The position numbers were made by a program, and so were the translations under genes. Source: Acidobacteriota bacterium (GTDB lineage Bacteria; Acidobacteriota; CAIWXX01). From it: 64,000 nucleotides of DNA. Within the stretch, counting starts at the first letter, position 1, and each line of letters opens with the position of its first letter. Of the stretch, positions 57,742 to 64,000 are shown piece after piece. The notes beneath the pieces were generated by a model, which did not search any database, had not been told where the DNA came from, and saw only the letters and a list, made by a program, of their open reading frames with translations. The stretch is from the NCBI GenBank assembly GCA_040755995.1, contig JBFMAF010000004.1:32001-96000 (forward strand), read 5' to 3'.

Positions 57742-58857
57742 ATGAAAAGCGCGTGGATCGTAGTGGCTCTTGGAATGGCTTCAGGGGCGTGGGCGGAAGT
57801 GATCGACAAGAAATTCGAGGTGAGTCCGGGGCAGTTGCTCACGGTGGAGCTCAAGACGGGCGGAGACATAGTCATCCGTGGCGACGGTGGTAATACAGTG
57901 TCCGTGAAGGCGGAGACCAGCGGTCGCGACGCCGGCAGGATAGAGGTACAGATCGAGAAGACGGCACAGGGCGTTCGCGTGGGGTCGCGCTACTCGGGGT
58001 CGAGCCGCAGTACGAGCGGTTCAGCCGATCTGGAAATCAGCGTGCCTTCGAAGTTCGATGCACAACTGAGCACGATGGGGGGAGAAATAAGCATTGACGG
58101 CGTCGAGGGGGACTTCTCCGGATCGACCATGGGTGGAGACATAGACCTGACGAACCTCACGGGTACCGCGAACCTGTCGTCGATGGGCGGAGACATAGAG
58201 GTCGCCGGGTCGCAGCTGAGCGGCGAAGTCAGCACGATGGGCGGCGACATCGACCTCAAGGACCTCAAGGGCACGCTCAAGGCCAAGACCATGGGCGGAG
58301 ATGTCGTCTACGACAACGTCCAGGTGTCTCAGGCCGATGGCAAGCCGGTCGAGATATCGACTATGGGCGGAGACATCAATGTAGCAAACGCCCCCGCAGG
58401 CGCGAAGGTCAAGACCATGGGCGGCGACATCACGATCGGCTCCGCAAAGGTGTTCGCCGATGCCACGACCATGGGTGGGGACATCAAGATCGAGGAAATC
58501 GACGGATCTGTCAAAGCGAGCACGATGGGCGGCGATATCGCCGTGGTCATGATAGGCGACCCGGCCGCCGGCGACAGGAGCGTGGACCTCGACACCAAGG
58601 GGGGCGAGATTCGTCTTGCGGTGCCGGCGGCACTCTCGATGGATATCGACATCCAGATCGAATACACGAGGGACAGCAGGTGCGTGTGCAAGATCGTCAG
58701 CGACTTCGCGATCAAGACCACGGAGACGCCCGAATGGAGCGGCAGCAGGTTCGGCGAACCGCGCAAGACGATCACGGGAACCGGAAAAACCGGCGCCGGC
58801 AAGAACAAGATCGTGATCCGCGCCGTCAACGGAAGCGTCTATCTGACCAAGAAGTAG
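57742..58857 (+). CDS. Secreted DUF4097-type beta-strand repeat protein
   Basis: Signal peptide and about 10 (S/K/T)TMGGDI repeats. Confidence 0.88.
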   Translation: MKSAWIVVALGMASGAWAEVIDKKFEVSPGQLLTVELKTGGDIVIRGDGGNTVSVKAETSGRDAGRIEVQIEKTAQGVRVGSRYSGSSRSTSGSADLEISVPSKFDAQLSTMGGEISIDGVEGDFSGSTMGGDIDLTNLTGTANLSSMGGDIEVAGSQLSGEVSTMGGDIDLKDLKGTLKAKTMGGDVVYDNVQVSQADGKPVEISTMGGDINVANAPAGAKVKTMGGDITIGSAKVFADATTMGGDIKIEEIDGSVKASTMGGDIAVVMIGDPAAGDRSVDLDTKGGEIRLAVPAALSMDIDIQIEYTRDSRCVCKIVSDFAIKTTETPEWSGSRFGEPRKTITGTGKTGAGKNKIVIRAVNGSVYLTKK

Positions 58858-58864
58858 TCGCGCA

Positions 58865-58904
58865 CCGGGCCCGGCGGAGATCCCCCGGGCCCGGCTACCC
58901 TTTT
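58865..58904 (+). terminator. Probable intrinsic terminator
   Basis: CCGGGCCCGG...CCGGGCCCGG stem followed by a short T tract. Confidence 0.5.
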
Positions 58905-59208
58905 CGCGACGGCGCGTGAGGCTTTATCTTCGCGACCGCGATGGATCTCCATGCGGCCCCTGAGACTATCTGCCGAACCCGTTCTGCAGCCTCGAGTGCC
59001 GTAGGGACCATGATGGACGAAATGACAGCCTGCCGCTACACGTGAATTCGCGCCGATCGCGGATGTAAACAGCTGCACGCGCCGGCGGCCGGCTCGGTCG
59101 GTATCATGACACATAGAAGTGTGCAGCCACCGCACCGACACCGAGCCCATGTGCTATCATGTGTACACGATCTGTCGGCGTCGGGCGGATGGTCAGGCGA
59201 GGAGCACA

Positions 59209-60663
59209 GTGGCACGCGGTCACAAGCTGATTGTCATTGCTCCCGTCGTCGTTGCAGCCGCCTGGCTGACGTACTTCCTCGCGGGATATTCGAGATCGCC
59301 CGGCTCAGGCTACGTCAGCCCCATTGCCGGACTGTACGGAGAGGACGCGGTCGGTCGGGCACTGTTGGATGGAAGGGACTACGATCGTGCGTTGGTCGCT
59401 TACTGCGGCGACCCCAGGCGGATGAGCGTGGAGTTGCTCCAACGGATCCACCGCGCCGGCATCTGGTCGGCTGGAGCACTGGATTTGTGCGACGCTTTTC
59501 TCCAGTATTTCCCATTTGGCGAGACCCGATGGCTGGACCAGCGCGACGAGTATGCCGAGGTTGTCGCCCGCCGCGTCAGATTGCTAGGGAACCTTGGCGC
59601 GCAGGTCGATCCTGCGGGGCAACAAGACATAGCCGCAGCAGCCTTGGGACTGGACCTCGGAACTCTGCGAGTGGGCCAACAACCTGCGCGGAGCGAGTTC
59701 GTTGAGAAGCTGGAGGCCGCGGCGCCGGATATCGTTGCCAGGTTCCCCGCTAGCCACCTTGCGCCATTGGCTGTGGCACAGTGCGCCGAGTCAGCCAAAC
59801 ATAGGATAGCGAAACACTCGACCGCCGGCGGAAGCCCCAGGGACTTCGGACAGCTGGACGAATACCTCAGATCTCTGATCACCGCCCGAGCGCCCGGGCG
59901 AACGCTGGTCCTGGTCAAGCTGGCATTGGCGGAGTGCGCAGGAGATGACTCCGCCAGAGCCCGGGACCTGTTCGAGCAAGTGGCTCGGGAAACTGGACTC
60001 AAATGGGAAAGGCGAGAGCTACTGCTCCGAGCAGCGCTGTGTGCTCATGAGGTCGGTCGCGCCGACGACGCCCGGGCCCTCCTGGAGCAGTCTATGGGCA
60101 TCTTGCGGGAATGCCAGGCATCATCCGCCGCGAACATCGACTTCTCCAGTCCACTTCTCGATACCGCCGTCGCCTGTTCGAGGCTGGAGGACGATCGATC
60201 TGCCCTGGCGCTACTGGCTGAGATCGATCGACAGTACGCGTGGGGCGAATGCGCGCCGCTCGCACACCTGGCTATGGCTGATATCTTCGAGAAAGCGCGG
60301 GCCGAACAGAAGATGATCCAGGCCCTCAGGAAGGCAGCAGCAGCGCCGGCTGTCAATACGTTCGCGGACGTCCTGGATGCAAGCAATACGCGCAGCAGAG
60401 CGACCGAGCGACTCGGTCTGTACTACATACGCAGTGGTGAATGGAGCCTCGCTCTGGATTGTTGGAAACGATGGCAACCAACGTCGTGGTGTAGCACCTG
60501 CGAGAAGTCGATGATGAGTGAGCGCAGCAGGTTCATCAGAACGTGCCGCTGGAGGCTTTGTGTTCGTTGGGCAACAGATCACCCGGTCTGGATCTTCACA
60601 ACGATGGTGATTGTCGCCGCGGCGGTTCTGTTTGGGTGGCCTCGGTCCCGACCGGCGCCTTAG
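59209..60663 (+). CDS. Hypothetical membrane-anchored helical-repeat (TPR-like) protein
   Basis: N- and C-terminal TM segments, Ala/Leu-rich helical repeats, WCSTC motif; GTG after GAGGAG. Confidence 0.7.
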   Translation: MARGHKLIVIAPVVVAAAWLTYFLAGYSRSPGSGYVSPIAGLYGEDAVGRALLDGRDYDRALVAYCGDPRRMSVELLQRIHRAGIWSAGALDLCDAFLQYFPFGETRWLDQRDEYAEVVARRVRLLGNLGAQVDPAGQQDIAAAALGLDLGTLRVGQQPARSEFVEKLEAAAPDIVARFPASHLAPLAVAQCAESAKHRIAKHSTAGGSPRDFGQLDEYLRSLITARAPGRTLVLVKLALAECAGDDSARARDLFEQVARETGLKWERRELLLRAALCAHEVGRADDARALLEQSMGILRECQASSAANIDFSSPLLDTAVACSRLEDDRSALALLAEIDRQYAWGECAPLAHLAMADIFEKARAEQKMIQALRKAAAAPAVNTFADVLDASNTRSRATERLGLYYIRSGEWSLALDCWKRWQPTSWCSTCEKSMMSERSRFIRTCRWRLCVRWATDHPVWIFTTMVIVAAAVLFGWPRSRPAP

Positions 60664-60840
60664 GAAGGCCTGGGGTCCAGCGCAGGCCTGCGCCGAGGGT
60701 TCCTGGCTTCATGCGCTTCTCTAACCCGAACTGAGGCTCGCTTGGCCCACGCTCGCTGCACACCGCCAACCTACAACTGTTGTCGCAAGATCGGCGCTCA
60801 CGCGCCTAGCCGTTTCCCATCAATGCTTCGTCGTGCCCCA

Positions 60841-61992
60841 CTATTCTCCGATCCTCTCGTCAATCCACTCCCTCATCACACTGAGGGCGAGCCCGATATT
60901 GCCGATCTGGCAGTGATTCTCGGCGTGGTCCTCTCTTGTGAACACCCTATCGGTGACCGACCCAGCCGCCGTGAGGCGCCGGAGTTGCTCGCGATGAAGG
61001 CGGAAGGGGATGAAGTGGTCTTCCCCTGAGGCTAGGACCAGCACATGTTGTCTGACGAGATCCGAGTGGAGGTTCTCCTCGTTGAGTTGAAGGGCGAATT
61101 CGAGGGCGGCCATCGGCTCGTCCACACCAAGGACGTACATCAGATGACTGATGTTCCACGACTCCATACCGCCCTTCCTGATCTTCCACAACGACAGCCG
61201 GTTGGTGAGCTCGCGGAAGTGGTCGTGGAAGAACACGAGGATCGCGGTGGCGGGCGCCCGCGCCACCCTGCGATAGTCGAAAGCGTGTCCCGATGCGATT
61301 ACCCTTTTTACCCGGGGTTCGAGTGCCGCCGCCCGCAGTGCGAAGTAGCCCCCCATGGAGAGCCCGATCAAAGTCACGTCATCCAGCCCCAGGCGATCCA
61401 GTACGGCCCCGACGGGCTTCTCCCAGCGGAAGTCGAGTGGCAACCCGGCCTTGCGCCGAGCCGCTCCCTGTCCCGGTCCGTCAAAGCCGATGACCCTGTA
61501 TCCGGCTGCCGCAAAATACAACATCAGGGAATAGAATTCCTCGATGAAGGAGTCATAACCGCCGTGAAGTACAATGTGGCCCCTGGGTTTGCCTTCGGGG
61601 CGTATTGCGATGGCCGGCAGATGCGTCCCGCCGTAAGGAACCTCGAGCCGCTCGATCCCGTGGTCCGCGAAGGCGCGATAGAACGTCTCGGAGAACCGGT
61701 CGTACAGAGGCTGCTTGTCGGGGTCGTCCGGGAACGTGTAGAACTCGGCCGCCCGGTAGTAGAAGGCCGAGTTCACCAGGCGGCCGGCCGCGCGCGCCTC
61801 GGCCGCCAGCCGCAGCATCTCGGTCTTCCATTCGGCGAATGTGCTGATTCGCCGACCGGCTTCCCGAAGATCCTCGATACGGGCGTAACCCAGCGAGTAC
61901 GGACGATTCAGCTGGTAGTTGAACAGCTGATCCTTGTGAAACCGATGGTACCCCACGGGGAAACTGACGCTGCTGGTTCTCTCAGGGTCCAT
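60841..61992 (-). CDS. Alpha/beta hydrolase (FrsA/DUF1100-like)
   Basis: YYRAAEFY, HGGYDS, DGPGQG, GLSMGG, ENHCQIGN. Confidence 0.9.
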   Translation of the reverse strand: MDPERTSSVSFPVGYHRFHKDQLFNYQLNRPYSLGYARIEDLREAGRRISTFAEWKTEMLRLAAEARAAGRLVNSAFYYRAAEFYTFPDDPDKQPLYDRFSETFYRAFADHGIERLEVPYGGTHLPAIAIRPEGKPRGHIVLHGGYDSFIEEFYSLMLYFAAAGYRVIGFDGPGQGAARRKAGLPLDFRWEKPVGAVLDRLGLDDVTLIGLSMGGYFALRAAALEPRVKRVIASGHAFDYRRVARAPATAILVFFHDHFRELTNRLSLWKIRKGGMESWNISHLMYVLGVDEPMAALEFALQLNEENLHSDLVRQHVLVLASGEDHFIPFRLHREQLRRLTAAGSVTDRVFTREDHAENHCQIGNIGLALSVMREWIDERIGE

Positions 61993-62181
61993 GGTGCTCC
62001 GCGCCTCCTGCGGCCTGCCGCCATGTTATCACACCGTGCGCACACAGCAGGGCGCATTACGACCCGTTATGGCGCGCCGCCAGCACACGGCTCCCGGCGG
62101 CTCCCTCCTGCGCCGGCCCTCCGGACCCACTCGCCGTGTCCGGAATTCAGGACCGCTCAGACGGTCCCGAGATTGCAGCCG

Positions 62182-62673
62182 TCAGTCTTCACACATTGTT
62201 CGCTGGCGGCGGAAGATCGCGTTGTAGATCATTGACGGAATGCAGATGTCAGTCGTGCTCACAAGCACAGCGACCGCCGTAAGCGCAGCGCCCGCGATGT
62301 AACCGGCAACCAGCGCGCCCGACTGAAACGCCAACGCCGTCGTCACCAGCCAGGCGGCGCCGACGCCGCAAGCGAAACGCGACTGCACGCGGCGCCTGGG
62401 CAGCGGGTCGGTATACCGCAGATAGCGGATGCCATGATTGTAGATCAGATCGAACGGATGCACCGGAAATATCGCGGCGAGCGCCGCCACGGCAGTCAAG
62501 GCCCACAAGATCGCCGGAGACGCCAACGCCGTTCCCGCCCCGGCCAGGACTGCACACATCCCGAACGCCATCCGAAGCCACGGTGCGACTTCGGCCAGGC
62601 TCTCATCGTCCACGTCGCCGAACCCCTGGACATTCAATCGCCGTCGCGTGGTCATCGATAGTGTATGGTTCAT
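62182..62673 (-). CDS. DUF4395-like membrane protein
   Basis: Four TM helices, HPFD, RFACGVG, DICIPS; RBS AAGGAGG. Confidence 0.75.
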   Translation of the reverse strand: MNHTLSMTTRRRLNVQGFGDVDDESLAEVAPWLRMAFGMCAVLAGAGTALASPAILWALTAVAALAAIFPVHPFDLIYNHGIRYLRYTDPLPRRRVQSRFACGVGAAWLVTTALAFQSGALVAGYIAGAALTAVAVLVSTTDICIPSMIYNAIFRRQRTMCED

Positions 62674-62727
62674 CTCACTTCCTCCTTGGGTCGATTCTCC
62701 TTCGCCCATAGCCGATGGGCTGGGCCT

Positions 62728-63519
62728 TCAGGTCACGAGCGTCTTCACGGCTGTCATCATCACGGCCTTGACGCCGTACGCTTCAGCGGCATCCTGCGTC
62801 GAATTCTTGCGGAACCGGAACCCCGGCACCACCGCCGAGCGCACCCGCTTGAAGCCAGTCTCCTCGAGCAACCGGAACATCTCTCCCTCCGGGAGAGCGC
62901 CGCCGATTCAGCTCGCCCAGAGCTTGGGATCATGGACGATCGATTGGGACAGCTGCTTTGCGCTCACAATGTCCGTGATCGAGATCCGCCCGCCCGGCCT
63001 CAGCACACGAAGCATCTCCTCGACCACGCGGCGCTTGCGGAAGGAGAGATTGATCACTCCATTGGAGATCACGACGTCCACTGAGGCGTCGGAGAGCGGG
63101 ATGGCCTCCATGGATCCCTCGCGGCATTCCATCCGTGTACCGGCCGCGGTGGCATGGGCTTGGGCCTTCATGCACATGGTGGGGTTCAAGTCCACGCCCA
63201 CGACGCGGCCCGTCGGGCCGACGCGCCACGAGGCGACGATCGCGTCAAGACCGGCGCCACTGCCCAGGTCGAGCACGGTCTCGCCCGGCTGCAGGTTGCT
63301 GCGCTCGTGTGGGTTCCCCACCCCGGCGAACGACGCGACCGCAGCGGCCGGCGCACGGTCGAGCAATTCGGCCGCATAGCCGAATCGCTCCGCGGCTTCC
63401 CGCCCGTGGAAGAAATGGAACGTGCTCTCCGGCTTGTCGGCAACCTCCTGGTACATGCGGATGATCTCGTCCTTGAGGACGACTTCCAAGGACGCCTGGT
63501 TTGTGGATAGATCTGTCAT
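62728..63519 (-). CDS. ArsM-like SAM methyltransferase, predicted selenoprotein (263 aa, Sec204)
   Basis: SFAGVGNP, VLDLGSGAGLD, ISNGVINL. In-frame TGA at 62908-62910 in LWAS-U-IGGAL aligns with the conserved Cys of ArsM W..C..GAL; 59 further sense codons follow. Confidence 0.9.
62881..62897 (-). promoter_or_regulatory. Putative bacterial SECIS element
   Basis: CUCUCCC-GGA-GGGAGAG hairpin starting 10 nt after the UGA; G-initiated loop 17 nt downstream. Confidence 0.8.
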
Positions 63520-64000
63520 AGTCAAGCTCCTTTCATGATCGGTGAGACCGCCGCTCGCAGCGCGCGATCTGACGCCCGGCTCCACCCGGCGGCTCATACG
63601 GGGCTCGCCTGCTGCGTGGCCGAGGGGCCGACTGTGCATGGCTGCCGCGCAGGCAGGCCGCACGCGCCGACCGGATGCAAGCCGTGGCCAGTCAACGCCT
63701 CTGGTCGCAGCTACGCTCCGCCCTTGCGCTTCACCCCTGATTCAGCGTGACTTGTTCGTCAGCCTGCGTGGGGCTGACCATCTCGGGCACGAGTACCAGG
63801 AAGTCGTCCGCCCGTCCCGTTCGAACGTCCTGAGCCGGCATCCAGTATGTATTGTTCTTCATGTCGCATCCCGATTTCTCGCCCCTTCCTCCAGAAAATA
63901 CATCGCGTATAGGATCGTTTCAAGATGTTTGCCATCGAGCGAGGCTGCGCGTCACACCCGTGAGGCCTGTCACGGTTGGAGCGGTGCAGCCTCGAGTCCA

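Noticed and set aside
57742..58857. Periodic ATGGGCGGxGAC DNA repeats resembling an array
   Set aside because: Explained by protein-level TMGGDI repeats with synonymous variation.
63731..63862. 43-aa minus-strand ORF ending in TGA upstream of the selenoprotein, as a second Sec peptide
   Set aside because: No convincing SECIS, only 12 further codons and no homology recognised.

Overview
High-GC bacterial chromosomal window; the S21 sequence looks Acidobacteriota-like (inference). The left ~32 kb is a rearranged accessory hotspot. It holds the 5' part of an intact cyclic beta-1,2-glucan synthase gene (cgs/ndvB) that runs off the left edge, an IS91-like 3' remnant, an S9 peptidase, a complete Type I R-M locus (hsdM-hsdS-AlbA_2 protein-hsdR-YgjP) and radC. 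It also holds many gene relics: three more diverged cgs pieces, an SBD/HNH nuclease N-terminus, IS3 and other DDE transposase remnants, a subclass B1 metallo-beta-lactamase fragment and an internally deleted DNA methyltransferase. Most striking, 18306-26297 consists of two adjacent blocks whose ends each rejoin into continuous sequence, as if two DNA circles integrated in tandem at one site, possibly inside the SBD gene. No integrase is visible in the window. The right half is mostly housekeeping and metabolic: an intact-ended IS630, rhodanese, radical SAM, rpsU, folE plus a tandem PTPS, aroK, smpB, glgP, GH113, a hybrid kinase and an ECF sigma operon. It ends with an ArsM-like methyltransferase that very probably reads UGA as selenocysteine and has a SECIS-like hairpin. 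No CRISPR array, rRNA or tRNA was recognised. All family calls are from motif recognition by eye, not from database searches.
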